64,000 bases of DNA from Octopus sinensis (GCF_006345805.1 NC_043010.1:67952001-68016000); one strand, 5' to 3'; counted from the first letter of the stretch, positions 11,090 to 23,948 are shown. Notes: generated from the letters alone by a model not told the origin. Numbers and translations: made by a program.

Positions 11090-11880
11090 CAAACTAGTTT
11101 GTTTGTCTTCTTTATGTTCACTTCATCTGTTCACCAACATAAAAATTGTTTTATATGTTCATCTGCTTGGTCACTCATAAACTCGTTCATTTGCTCATCA
11201 ACTCACAAACTGGTTTGTCCATCTGTCTTCTCACCCACTCACATAGGTTTACATATCCATGTGTCTGCTCTCATCGACTCACAAACCGATTCTCCATTTT
11301 CCCATTTGCTCACCCATTCACAAACTGGTTTGTGCATGTCGGCTGTTCATTTACTCACAAAGTAGTCTGTCTCTATGTCTATCTGTCCCTTTAGTCATCC
11401 ACTCTATCCGTCATCTCACCCAATCACTACTTTGTCTCTATCCATCTTCTCATGCAATCACAAAATACTTTTTGTCCTTCTTTTTGTTCACCTTCTCACA
11501 AACTGGTTTGTTCATCTACTTCACTCACTCATAAACTGGTTTGTTTATCCATCATTTTACCCAATCACTGTTTTGTTCATCTATCTATCTCACCCAATCA
11601 CAAACTGGTTTGTCTGCCTCTCCATCTTTCCTCTCACTCACAACACGGTGGTTCGGCCATCTGTCATCAGTTCATCCAATCACAAAAGCAGATTGTCAGT
11701 CCTGTTTGCTCACCCACTAAAAAATTGGTTTATCTATCTGTCTACTCATACCATTCACAAACTAGTTTGCCCATCCCTCACCCATCCATCTCTTTACTCA
11801 CTCACACAACTGCTTCATTCATTTGATTCGCATCTGGGTTAATTTCTCCTCCGTTCATCAACTCACAATTGGTTTTATTG
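11090..11880. repeat. Degenerate ~37-bp array with palindromic core cACAAAC-tg-GTTTGT
   Basis: Core or variants recur near 11205, 11280, 11318, 11356, 11460, 11497, 11529, 11599, 11680, 11756 and 11855. Confidence 0.75.
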
Positions 11881-11955
11881 GGTTTTCAGTCTGTATTCTA
11901 CTACTCAGCTATTTACACTCATTTCTTTACAAGATAAAATAAAGAAGTGTGTTAA

Positions 11956-12175
11956 CCCTTTCTTTACTGTATTTATTTTGAGATACTCTGTGTTTCTTTC
12001 AATTACTTTAAATATAACAAAGAATTTAGTAAAATAACTTGGTTATCATTCAGCTATTGTTAGGAACATAAATTATGACTAAGGTTTGGTGAAAGATTTT
12101 AATTCAAAACTTATGAAAACAAGACATTTGTACTCAGAGCCTGAGCCAGTTTCAGCCAGGTTGGTATCAAAAGGG
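11956..12175 (+). mobile_element. piggyBac-type MITE family 1
   Basis: TTAA at 11952-11955 and 12176-12179; CCCTT...AAGGG termini; 220 bp. Confidence 0.85.
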
Positions 12176-12206
12176 TTAAGAATTGTTTCTCTTTTATATA
12201 TTTTAA

Positions 12207-12426
12207 CCCTTTCATTATTGTATTTATTTTGAGATGCTCTGTGTTTCTTTCAATTATTTTAAATATAACAAAGAATTTAGTAAAATAACTTGGTTATCAT
12301 TAAGCTAGTGTTAGGAACATAAATTGTAACTAAGGTTTGGTGGAAGATTTTAATTCAAAACTTATGAAAACAAGACATTTATACTGGGATCCAGAGCCGG
12401 TTTCAGCTGGGTTGGTATCAAAAGGG
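12207..12426 (+). mobile_element. piggyBac-type MITE family 1, adjacent second copy
   Basis: TTAA flanks at 12203-12206 and 12427-12430; same internal sequence as 11956-12175. Confidence 0.85.
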
Positions 12427-13404
12427 TTAAAATGAGTGTGTGTGCGTTTGTGTGAGAGAGATGTGATAGTAACAGAGAGGATGGTAATAAGAAAACAGAA
12501 TTAGGGTATGTGGTGTGTGTGTATGTGTGTGTATGGATAGGTAGATAGGTGTTTGGTAAGGTGAGAATATGTTGCATATATTTTAAATGAACCAGTTGAT
12601 CTGCTGGGTAGATGATTCTTGCAAGTGCTGGAAAAGGTGTGGAATGGAAGGAGTTAAGGAAAGATGAAAATTGATATTGTGGTGCCCTAAGTTAGAGGTT
12701 AGGATAAGATGTACGTAGGTAGATTAAATGATTAAATTGGTACATATGTAGATAGGAAGGTCTGGCATGTAGGAGATAATATGTACGCACACACATTTGA
12801 GTGAGTGTGTGTGTTTACATATGCCCAAATATATACTTTTACTCTTTTTACTTGTATCAGTCAGACTGCGGCCATGCTGGGGCACAACTATATCGACCCC
12901 AGGATTTATTCTTTGCAAGCCTAGAAATTATTCGGTTGGTGTCTTTTTACCGAAGCACTAAGTTGCAGGGATGTAAACATACCAACATCAGTTGTCAAGC
13001 GATGGTGGGGGAACAGACAGACACACACACACGCCTGTATATCTTCTATCTTTTATACACATGTATATCTTCTATACTTGTGTCATTCATTAGACTGTGG
13101 CCTGGCTGGAGCACTGTCTTGAAGGGTTTTTCTCAGTTGAACAAATTGACCCCAGGACTTGTTCTTTTTGAGCCTAGTACTTATTGTATCAGTTGCTTTA
13201 CCCAAACTATTAAGGTATGGGGATATAAACACACCAATACCAGTTGTCAAGCAGTGGTGGGGGACAAACATGTGTGTGTTTGTGTGTGTGTGTGTATAGG
13301 CGCAGGCTTGGCTGTGTTGTAGGAAGCTTGCTTTCTAACCACATGGTTTTGAGTTCAGTCCCACTGCATGGCACCTTGGGCAAGTGTCTTCTCCTATAGC
13401 CTCA

Positions 13405-14000
13405 GGCCAGTCTGGTACTTAATTTATTGACCCCGAAAGGATGAAAAGCAAAGTCAATCTCGGTGGCATTTTAACTCAGTACATTAAGGCAGACGAAATA
13501 CTGCTTAGCATTTCGTTCGGCATGCTAACGTTTCTGCCAGTTCGCCACCTTTAAAAGAGAGGAAATTCTTTTCTACTCTAGGCACAAGGCCCCCAATTTT
13601 TTTTTTGGGGGGGGGCAGTCAATTAGATCGACTCCAGTACATAACTGGTACTTCATTTATTGACCCCAAAAGGATGAAAGACAAAACTGACCTTGGCAGA
13701 ATTTGAACTCAGAACGTAAAGAAAGACAAAATACTGATAAGCATTTCGCCCGGCCTGCTAACGTTTCTGCCAGCTTGCCGCCTTAGAATGCAAGATATCT
13801 TTTCTACTCTAGGCACAAGGCATGAAATTTTTGAGGAGGGGGCCAGTCGATTATATTGACCCCAGTACACAACTGGTACTTAAGGATGAAAGGCAAAGAG
13901 TTGACCTCAGCAGAATTTGAACTCAGAACGTAAAGACAGATGAAATACTGATAAGCGTTTCGCCTGGCGTGCTAACATTTCTGCCAGCTCGCTTCCTTAA
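13405..14000 (-). mobile_element. Cluster of three SINE family B copies
   Basis: Three repeats of gaccccgaaaggatgaaag...tttgaactcagaacg...ctgccagc.cgcc. Confidence 0.8.
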
Positions 14001-14275
14001 AATGCAAAATTTAATGAAAGCATTATAATCATTTTAAAAGTATAGTGACCTAATTTCTATATTTGATAAATTGTGTTTCTGGGTTAGGTAACAGCAGGGC
14101 AATTTGACTATCTGATGCCCTTGCCCTCACGGAATGTGGGCAGATGTAAAGAAAATCCTGAAATAAACTGCATTTTGAAAATTGAAGAGGGAAGTGAGTC
14201 CTATTGTTGAAAGGGCAGATTGGAATGTGCCTATATGTATATATTAGTAAGTAGATGCACATCTAAATGTATGTA

Positions 14276-14424
14276 CCGTATTTTAATGTGTATAAGGAAC
14301 CCCTAATTTGGGGTGCTTAAAATTTGGAAAAAAAGGTTTTGTAAGGGATTATAATATTTTCCTTGTATAAGAAACCCCCATATTTTTTTATCTGATTTTT
14401 GATAAAAAAGGTTCCTTATACACG
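14276..14424. mobile_element. Small TcMar-like MITE remnant
   Basis: Begins taccgtatttt; internal inverted pair gtgtataaggaacc / ggttccttatacac. Confidence 0.4.
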
Positions 14425-14426
14425 TA

Positions 14427-14505
<79 letters not shown>

Positions 14506-14589
14506 TTAAATATCGCCATTTAATATTTTTAATTTTATGCATGCACATTATTTTTTAATTTTGTTGACTACACAGTGTAGTAGGGTCAG

Positions 14590-15766
14590 ATGGGCACCGT
14601 CTGTGAGAAAAACAGCACCATGACGCAATTCAGTCTGCCAGGAATTTCGAAACGATGTGCTGTACTGCTTGGCATTCATGCCAGAAACTCCGATATGGAC
14701 ATTTCAGAATATTTGGGTGTCATTCTGAGGACAGTGCAGAGGATTCGGAAAGAGTTGGGTGAGTCTAATGATGATCATGAAGGTACGGTAGCTCGGAAAA
14801 CTCACTCCGATCATTCTGATAAGAAAAGAATTCCTGAATTTCTTGGTGAGATCCAGGTCATGATTGACAATGATCCCTCCAAGTCAATCAGGAACATGGG
14901 AGTGTCTGAGTTTCTTATCAGGCAGGTAGTGCATGAAGACATTCGGTATTCCTTATACAAGATGAGAAAGGGCCAGTTTTTATTCCAAGCCATCAAGGAC
15001 AAGAGGAAAGACCATACTACAAAGCTTTTGACAAAATCAAACATCCCCTCCAACCGAACATGCTTTGGTTTTTCTCAGACGTGAAAAGTTTCTGCCAGGA
15101 TCAGATGGTGAACACACAGAACAACCATTGGCTTGTCGTGTCCCCAAAACCTGTACCGAGAGTGATAAAAATCAAATATTCAGTCAACATCATGGTGTTT
15201 AGAGTGATGACGATGTTATGCCTCTATTCATCTTCCCACATGGCCTCAAACTCAACACAGAGGTCAACATCAAGTGCTTGGAGGAGGTAGTTCTGCCCTG
15301 GGTCAGAAGGGTGGCTGCTGAAAGACCCTATATCTGGCAACAGGACTCTGCACCATACCACACAAGCAGGAGAACCCAGTCATGGATCTGTCAGACAATT
15401 TCTGCGACCACATCACTCCTAAAATCTGATCACCCAACTCCCAACACTGCAACCCCTTTGATTATGTGTGGGGCAAAGTTGAGCGAGAGACCAACAAAAC
15501 TCCCTGTAACACCAAAGATGTACTGAAGGCAAAGATTATGGCAGTATTGAACAACTTAAACAAGGAGACCATCCAGAAGAGTTGCAGGAGATTCCAAAGT
15601 CGTCTGGAGGCCGTGGTTGAAGGCAATGGCGATTTTATTGAATAAATTTAATCTTAAATATTTCAAGCTATTTTTATGCAATTTTGGTAAATATATCTGT
15701 TAAAATGAAATGTCTGTGTTATTTTCATTTTTGCGAAATTTAGACGACAATTTATTCACCGCACCC

Positions 15767-15768
<2 letters not shown>
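14590..15768 (+). mobile_element. Defective Tc1/mariner-superfamily transposon, DD37D (maT/Bmmar1-like); transposase pseudogene 14590-15645
   Basis: Frameshifted translation contains FFSD, WQQDSAPYH and NPFDY; 37 residues between the last two Asp after frameshift correction. 3' TIR ends ...tttattcaccgcaccctg at 15768; 5' TIR not seen. Confidence 0.9.
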
Positions 15769-15808
<40 letters not shown>

Positions 15809-16384
15809 TCTATATACATAGCATGATGTGTACACACACATACACGCGTGTGTGGCTTAATCGCAGAGAGGAACATAGTGAATGAGAGAGAAAATGCTTG
15901 GCTGAGTCAATGAATGTTTAGTGAATTACCGGATGGAGAGAGAGAGAGTGTGTGTGTGTGTGTGTGTGTGTGAGTGTGAGTGAGAGAGTGAGAGGAAACT
16001 CATGTTTTTTTTTAAACTAGTGATAAGAATGGAGGGAGGATGAGAGATGCGGTGGAGTTGAGTTCGGCGAAGAAGGAAATTGTACGTAGACACACACACA
16101 CAAAAAAAGAAAAAGGACAAAAGACTTGGAGAATGGTTTGTGGCGCTTAGGGAGAAGAAGGTGGGGGGAGAGGGGAGGTGAGGAGAAAAAGAAAGGATGA
16201 CAGAAGTTGATGGGAGGAAGTGTGGATGCGGTGGGTGGGTAGGTTGGCGGGTGGGTGGATCAGTGTCCTGTGACGACGGTCGTGGTGGCGGTGTTTGCGG
16301 TGAGGTGTGTGTGTGTGTGTATGGGGGGGGAGTAATTATGGTGGAAAAAAAGTATGTGCGGAAGTTTGGTGTGTGATCCATCAT

Positions 16385-16606
16385 CATTGTCATTATCATC
16401 GCCATAAACACTTATTGTCACCAGCACCACTACCAACAGCAGCAGTAGCAATTTTTTTTTTCATCACCGCCATCATCATCATCAGCATCATCATCAACAT
16501 CGTTATCACTGCCTCTATCATCGTCACCACTACTATCACCACCACCAACAACAACAAATCCGTTACCACCACTGTCGCCACCACCATCGCCACCCCGACT
16601 ACCACC

Positions 16607-16639
<33 letters not shown>

Positions 16640-16742
16640 TAATAATAATAATACCGCCGCCACCAACATCAGCACCGTTACCACCAACACCACCGTCGCC
16701 ACCCTAACTGCCACCACCATTACTACTACCACCACCACCACC

Positions 16743-16779
<37 letters not shown>

Positions 16780-16925
16780 ATAATAATAATACCGTCGCCA
16801 CCACCAACACCACCGTCGCCACTCTAACTACCACCATCACTACTACTACTACTACTGCCGCCACCACTACCACTACCATCGCCACCACCATCATCTCTTT
16901 CATTATCAGCACTGCTACCATCACA
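16385..16925. repeat. Compound (CAT)/(CAC)/(ACT)/(AAT) triplet repeat with internal duplication
   Basis: Visible; explains the poly-T/V ORFs. Confidence 0.9.
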
Positions 16926-16959
16926 AGCTACAGCCATAGTAAATAACGGTTGATTCTAC

Positions 16960-17258
16960 GAAGAAAGCAGCGTAATGTGCGCGCCAAAGAGAGAAAATAG
17001 GAACGAACGAAAGGAAGAAAGATTGGTGGCGGAGCGAGCGAGCGAGCGAGCGAGCGGATGGTGGATGAATCCCAATCAGACAGATCGATATAAATAAATG
17101 GATTGATAGTATTGGCCTCGGGTGAATTAGATGTTTGACTGACGAAAGAAAAGACCGAAAAAAAAATGATAAAGTAATAAACGAAAATAATAAATAAGAA
17201 GGTTTGCCAAAAATTTTTGGGAGAAGGAATAAAACTTGTTTTTATCTTCTTCGCGAAG
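16960..17258 (+). promoter_or_regulatory. CpG-rich region, possible promoter or non-coding exon
   Basis: CpG density above the flanks, (GAGC)n tract, donor-like gaag|gtaaaa at 17259. No transcript evidence. Confidence 0.25.
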
Positions 17259-17518
17259 GTAAAATATTCAGGAAAACTGATTCGTAGGATGGATTGGATA
17301 GGTCGATCGGTGTGGCATGGATGGATGGATGGTTTAACCATCTTTTTGAATGAATCGGCTGCAAGGAAGAAAGACGTGTAAGGGGGGGTGGGGAGGAGCA
17401 AGAAAAATCTGTGATGATAACCGGAGTATAAGTTATAGTGCCGGATCTTTTATCCGGCTTCCAGAAATCCGGGAATATTGTGCAATATCGTGCAGTATTT
17501 ACTGTACCCGACCCGGTA

Positions 17519-17960
17519 AGGCAAGCGAGCTGGCAGAAACGTTAGCACGCCGGGCGAAATGCTTAGCAGTATTTCGTCTGTCTTTCCGTTCTGAGTTTAA
17601 ATTCCGCCGGGGTCGACTTTGCCCGTTCATCTTTTCAGGGTCGATAAATTAAGTACCAGTTACACACTAGGGTCGATGTAATCGACTTAATCCCTTTGTC
17701 TGTCCTTGTTTGACCCTCCCCCCGATTTTTAGCCCCTTGTGGGCAATAAATAAATAAGAATCGTTAGCACGCCGGACAGAAATGCTTAGTGGCATATCGT
17801 CCGTCCTTATTTCTTCTTTTGGGTTCAAATTCCACCGAGGTCGATTTTGCCTTTCATCTTTTTCGGGGTCGATAAAATTATTACCAGCTGAGCACTGGGA
17901 TCGATGTAATCGACTTAGCCCCTCCCTCGAAATTGCTGGCCTTGTGCCACAATTTAAGAC
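17519..17960 (+). mobile_element. SINE family B, full copy plus adjacent partial copy
   Basis: gcgagctggcagaaacgttagc...gagtttaaattcc (B-box-like)...gccccttgtgggcaataaataaataag. Confidence 0.85.
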
Positions 17961-18859
17961 CAGTATTACTGTACTCTGTTATTATTATTATTATGGCTGG
18001 GTTCCAACCCGGACCGCAGCAACAAAGTTACATTCTGGGTCCCCCTTTATTGAGAAAATAGACTCTGTTTTTGAAGTTGGTTAATTTGCATATGGTGTGT
18101 TAAAAATAGTTTTCTTTGCTTTTTTTTTCTTAAGTGGATCGATAAAAATTAAATATACTCTGTTTAGAAGTATATTAATTTGTACCTATATCTGTTAAAT
18201 AAAATCATGTTCACATTTCTTCAATTTTCGCCTTACAAACATTATACTGCAAGCGTGGTACACAGTGCTCGATTTTCCATTGTGCTTAGGTGTGCTTAAG
18301 CAAGCACAGGGCCCCGTTGACCGGGGGTGGGGCCCATCTTCCTGCCCCCAAAATTTTACTAAGACTTCTTGATCCAGCAAATTTGATCAAGGCTTGTTTT
18401 AAACTACTAAATTTCCTGAGCATCTATGCCTGACTGTCCATGTAAAGGGCCCCATAACTTAACTAGCGCAGGGCCTCATTTGTTCTAAAACCCGACACTG
18501 ATAGTATATAGTATGATATATTTTAAGAATTTTACATAGATTAATAAAAAATATCAGATGAGCCTAGAAATATATCAATTTGTATCTGTTGAATAAAATT
18601 TAGTTCTTTTCTTTTCCTCGTTATATATATATGTTTATCTACATAAACTGTATCCGAAAAACTGGAAAATTCAGAAATAGGGACACTTCCGGTCCTAAAC
18701 TTGCCGGATATTTGGTGTCTGGTACTCTAGGATGGATGGATGGATGGGTTGGGTCAATTGGTTGGATAGAGTGATGGTTTAACCATTATGAATGGATCGA
18801 CTGCAGAAGGAAAAACCTATTATATATATATATATATAGATATATATATATATATATTT

Positions 18860-19016
18860 ATAGAAGGAGCTTCTACAGGACTAGAACTGTTTCATTCAAA
18901 TGAAATCATCAGGAAGCCCGATATATATATATGTATATATATATATTATATATTATTTTATAGAAGGAGCTTCTACAGGACTAGAAGTTTTCATTCAAAT
19001 GAAATCATCAGGAAGC

Positions 19017-19021
<5 letters not shown>
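18860..19021. repeat. Two copies of a ~60-bp unit separated by (TA)n
   Basis: tagaaggagcttctacaggactagaa...caggaagcc at about 18861 and 18961. Confidence 0.85.
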
Positions 19022-19063
<42 letters not shown>

Positions 19064-19099
19064 TATATATATATTATATATATATATATTATATATATA

Positions 19100-19141
<42 letters not shown>

Positions 19142-19304
19142 CAGCCGAAATTACTACGATGATCCGGTTCTTGACTGAAGACTGAGGGTTTCGAATGTCC
19201 TGTCCGTGTTTATGTATCGTCTTCTAAGAGTTATACGTTCTTGTCCATGTATTTCTACATACCTTAATATATATATATATATATAATATATATTATATAT
19301 ATAT

Positions 19305-19404
19305 NNNNNNNNNNNNNNNNNNNNNNNNNNNNNNNNNNNNNNNNNNNNNNNNNNNNNNNNNNNNNNNNNNNNNNNNNNNNNNNNNNNNNNNNNNNNNNNN
19401 NNNN
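19305..19404. other. Assembly gap (100 N)
   Basis: Run of N next to a (TA)n tract. Confidence 1.
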
Positions 19405-19984
19405 AAATTATCTTCATCAACTGTAGAGGTGAAGATATAAATATGAGTGAACTGATAGGTTAAACTCGAGATGGGGGGTGGCAGTGGGGGGTGCGGCGGC
19501 GGCGAGAAAGACGGAAAGATTTGAGATGGGGGGGATGGGTGGAAGGTGGTGGGTCGGTGGGTGGGGTGGGTTGGGGCAATGTTATATACAGAACGTAAAG
19601 AGGAATGATAAACGTGGAGAGAGAGAGGGTGGTGGCTGTGGCGAACGATTATGATAGAAATATGAAACCATATTTTCTTTCTAATCTCTTTGCCTCTTCT
19701 CTTCTACTTTCTCTTTCCCCCCCGTCTTTCCTTCTTTCTTTCTTTCTTTCTTTCTTTCTTCTCATTGTTTTTTTTTTTTATATATAAATTCTATCTCTTC
19801 GTTCTATCAGACTTCATTCTAGCTTTCTATCTATCATTGCACTTTCTCTCTTTTTTTCACCATTTAAAAAAAAAAAACATTCTCTCTTTTCAAACACACT
19901 TCTTACTTTCTATATTTTAAAAACTCCTTCTTACACACACACACTTTTATGACAAACTCGTTACTTTTTCTCTTCATTTCTATC

Positions 19985-20345
19985 TTTCCATCCTTTCGGG
20001 GGTCGATAAATAAAGTACCAGTTTCCCCCACTGGTGATCGATGTAATCCACTTAATCCCTTTGTCTGTTCTTATTTGTCCCCTCTATGTTTAGCCCCTTG
20101 TAGGCAGTAAAGAAATAGGCAGAAACGTTAGCACGCCGGGCGAAATGCTTAGCGGTATTTCGTCTGCCGTTACGTTGTGAGTTCAAATTCCGCCGAGGTC
20201 GACTTTGCCTTTCATCCATTCGGGGTCGATAAATTAAGTACCAGTTACGCACTGGGGTCGATGTAATCGACTTAATACCTATGTCTGTCCTTGTTTGTCC
20301 CCTCTATGTTTAGCCCCTTGTGGGCAGTAAAGAAATAGGTATTTC
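19985..20345 (+). mobile_element. SINE family B tandem (partial plus near full)
   Basis: Two successive ...tttagccccttgt.ggcagtaaagaaatagg tails. Confidence 0.85.
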
Positions 20346-20441
20346 TATCTTTCCATAACTTCGCGTGCGCACACGTTTAAGTGAGAATAAAAACCCCCAA
20401 TTCCCCCCTCTAAAACCATACAAACAAAAACAAGGGCAATT

Positions 20442-20606
20442 TTTCGTCTCTAGTAGACCTTTCCGTCGATTTCCGTAAAAATTTTTTTTTTTTACATATG
20501 GGCTTGCGGGAACTTTTGAAGTAATGAGAGCGAAAGAGACTAAGAGAAAGCGATTGTATGACGAGGGAAATTCTTTTGAAGTTACCGTGCATGGGAAGCA
20601 TTGATG

Positions 20607-20649
<43 letters not shown>

Positions 20650-20875
20650 TTTGATGGGGTGTGGGAGACAGGCAGTATGTTGTGTAAGTGAAGTGCTTCT
20701 GTTAGTGTGTGTGAAGAGACAGAGTAATGTGTGAAAGAGAGAGATAACTGAAATTTTTTACTCGGTGTATGTGTATATGTATGTATGTATATTACTTCAA
20801 AAGTTCCCGCAAGCCCATATGTAAAAAAAAAAATTTTTTTACGGAAATCGACGGAAAGGTCTACTAGAGACGAAA
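20442..20875. repeat. Near-perfect inverted repeat (arms 20442-20525 and 20791-20875, spacer 265 bp)
   Basis: Arms are exact reverse complements except for the lengths of the A/T homopolymer runs. Confidence 0.95.
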
Positions 20876-21043
20876 GATCGCCAAAACAACATATTAAAAG
20901 GAGGAGAGAAGGTTTTAGAAATATGACAATAAAATTAAGAGGAACAGCACACACACACACAATAACAAATAAGAATTCAAATGGAAAGACGGGAAAACAA
21001 GGACTCAGAAAAAACGTAAACATTTTCAAACTCCTTTTCCGCC

Positions 21044-21074
<31 letters not shown>

Positions 21075-21773
21075 TATATTATATATATATATAAAAATAA
21101 TAATAAATAACGGTTAGAGTAAATTAAGAGGAGAGAAGAGCAGGGTGAATTAGAATGTGTGTGTGTGTGTGTGTGTGTCTGTGTGTGTGAGGGTGGCAAA
21201 GAGGAAGAGAATGGCTGTTGCAAGCTGGGACACCATATAATAATTCTCTTGGCTGCTGAGAGAAGTCTGCTAGTGTTTTCAAGGCATTTTGGTTGGTGGG
21301 GGTCGTGCTAGAAAACTCCAAAACGGAAGGACGACGCAGATAGTTTTCCCCACCCACCATTATATACATATACGTATATATATAATATATAATATATATA
21401 TATGTATATATGTGTATATGCGCTTTGGCATACATTCCCTCAACCATTAAAAATCCTCACCAAAAGTCATCATTTCTAGTCTTGTAACAAAACACTTATT
21501 TGTATGTATGTATGTATGTATGTATGAATGTATATGTAAAACGAAAAAGACAAACAAGCCCGAAACAAAACTAATATAGTACTGTGCTAATATATCTATA
21601 GTTGAGGGACTTTCTGTGTCTCCACACACACACATATATACACAGATATACTTATATATTATATATGCTCACATCTTTATCTCCCTCCCCCTCTGTGTGT
21701 TTTCCCTCATTCATCGAGGACTTTTTGACAAACCAAGCTTCGCATATTGGAATACAACAGAAGTGGAACTTGC

Positions 21774-21805
<32 letters not shown>

Positions 21806-21929
21806 GTCACTTAACTTATCACTCACTCACTCACTCACTCATTCAGTGTTTTCATCACATACACAACAGTATTTTCGTCTCTCACGCACACACACATACA
21901 CACGCTCTCTCTCTCTTTATCCCGCCCTC

Positions 21930-22192
21930 TATCTATCTCCTTGTTTCTCTCTCTACACACGATCTCTAACACTTCTTCCAACTATCTCTCTCTCTATCCC
22001 GCTCTGTATCTATCTCTTTGTTTCTCTCTCTCTCTCTCTCTCTCTCGCTCCACACACACATACGTTCTCTAAACACTTCTTCCAACTATCTCTGTCTCTC
22101 TGTCTCTCTCTCTCTCTGTATCTATATCCTTGTTTCTCTCTCTCTCGCTCTCTCCACATACACATACGTTCTCTAAACACTTCTTCCAACTA

Positions 22193-22229
<37 letters not shown>

Positions 22230-22298
22230 CTATATCCTTGTTTCTCTCTCTCTCTCGCTCCACACACACATACGTTCTCTAAACACTTCTTCCAACTA

Positions 22299-22335
<37 letters not shown>

Positions 22336-22440
22336 CTATATCCTTGTTTCTCTCTCTCTCGCTCTCTCCACATACACATACGTTCTCTAAACACTTCTTC
22401 CAACTATCTCTCTGTCTCTGTCTCTCTCTCTCTCTCTCTT
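21930..22440. repeat. ~105-bp tandem repeat with variable (CT)n and alternating A/B variants
   Basis: tccaactatctct at 21977, 22081, 22185, 22291 and 22399. Confidence 0.9.
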
Positions 22441-23135
22441 CCACACACGCACATAAGGCTTTTCCAAGTCTTATTAACGTTCAAAGACGCATACGATCGC
22501 ACGCTCAAATACTTTGCTTCTTTATATATTATATATATCTTTCACTACTTATATATATTTTCGTGCACACACACATACACACACACACACACATACACAC
22601 AGACATACACACACACACACAAGGCCTCAAATAAACCGCCGATATATAGGCAGTTGATAAACACAACTTCATACATAAGTGCACAAGCTCAAAAACACAG
22701 CACATTATACATATATCTCTCTCTCTATATATATATATCATACACACACATGTGTGTGTACATATTCTATTAGTCTGATGACTACGAGAGAGAGAAAGAG
22801 GCAGACAGATGATAGAGTGTGTGTGTGTGATGTGCTGTTGTTGTATATGAAGTAAGTTTAAATTCCCAGCCCCCATCGTGTGTGTGTGTCTGTGTGTATT
22901 CCTGGCGCTCATTAGCTATCTCTCTGCATCTCAAAGCCTCGCTTGCCATCGTCCTCGTTGTCCCCACGCTACGGCTTTGCCTTGTTACTTATACTTACAC
23001 TTGTCTTCTCCACATTACGGATTTAAAAAAAACCAAAAAAAAAAACAAAAAAAAAAACAAAAAAACCAACAACATCCCAAAACAAAAACAAAAATAGAGA
23101 AAAAAAAAAAAAACCGAAAAAATTATTTGCCAAAG

Positions 23136-23189
23136 ATGACGACGGAAAAAGCGAATACGAAAGCGGCTTCGACGATTCTTAGAAGAAAG
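23136..23189 (+). CDS. Candidate (alternative) first coding exon MTTEKANTKAASTILRRK
   Basis: aaagATG context in a CpG-rich island; ends aag|gtcggt (+5G, +6T); phase 0, compatible with the 39709 microexon. Confidence 0.4.
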
Positions 23190-23520
23190 GTCGGTTCCTC
23201 TCTATATATATATACTTTGTGTATATTATATTATTTTATATTAATTATAATAATTATTACTGTTGTTGCTTTTGTTTTTGTTTTTTTTTGGTTGTTGTTG
23301 TTCTTCTTCTACTGTTGATGGGTGTTTTTTTTTGTTTGTTTTGTTTGTGTATTCTTTCAGTGAAGTCAAAAACACAAAACCCGCAAACATTTAACGGATT
23401 CACATGTACACGCGCGCGCGCGTACTCGGTCTCACACACACTCACAGACATACATACATACATACACACGCACACATACACACCCGCTCTCCTTTACACG
23501 GCAACTCTTTTACTCCATGT

Positions 23521-23584
<64 letters not shown>

Positions 23585-23732
23585 ATATATAATATATCTG
23601 TCTGAAATCTCTCTCTTTCTCTCTATATATATACATATGTGTGTGTGTGTGTGTATGTATATTCTATTGTCTTGAAATATTACTACTGATTCACTATATT
23701 GTAACTGATGAAAGCCACATATGCACTCAACA

Positions 23733-23778
<46 letters not shown>

Positions 23779-23909
23779 TATATATGTAGTGTGTGTATGT
23801 CTGTATTTACGCACGCACACTTTTATATATAAAGTATTAAAAATACAATGGAATCATAGACATAAAATACACATACATGTAGCAGGAATTACATACATAT
23901 ATATATATA

Positions 23910-23948
<39 letters not shown>

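Noticed and set aside
11090-11880. CRISPR array
   Set aside because: Eukaryotic context, degenerate repeats, spacers related to each other, no cas genes.
19170-19205. CTGAAGA...TCGAATGTC as a hammerhead
   Set aside because: Stems I and II cannot be formed.
23136-23150. MTTEK matches the start of human protein 4.1 (EPB41)
   Set aside because: Five residues only; no FERM-domain exon seen, so no gene symbol assigned.
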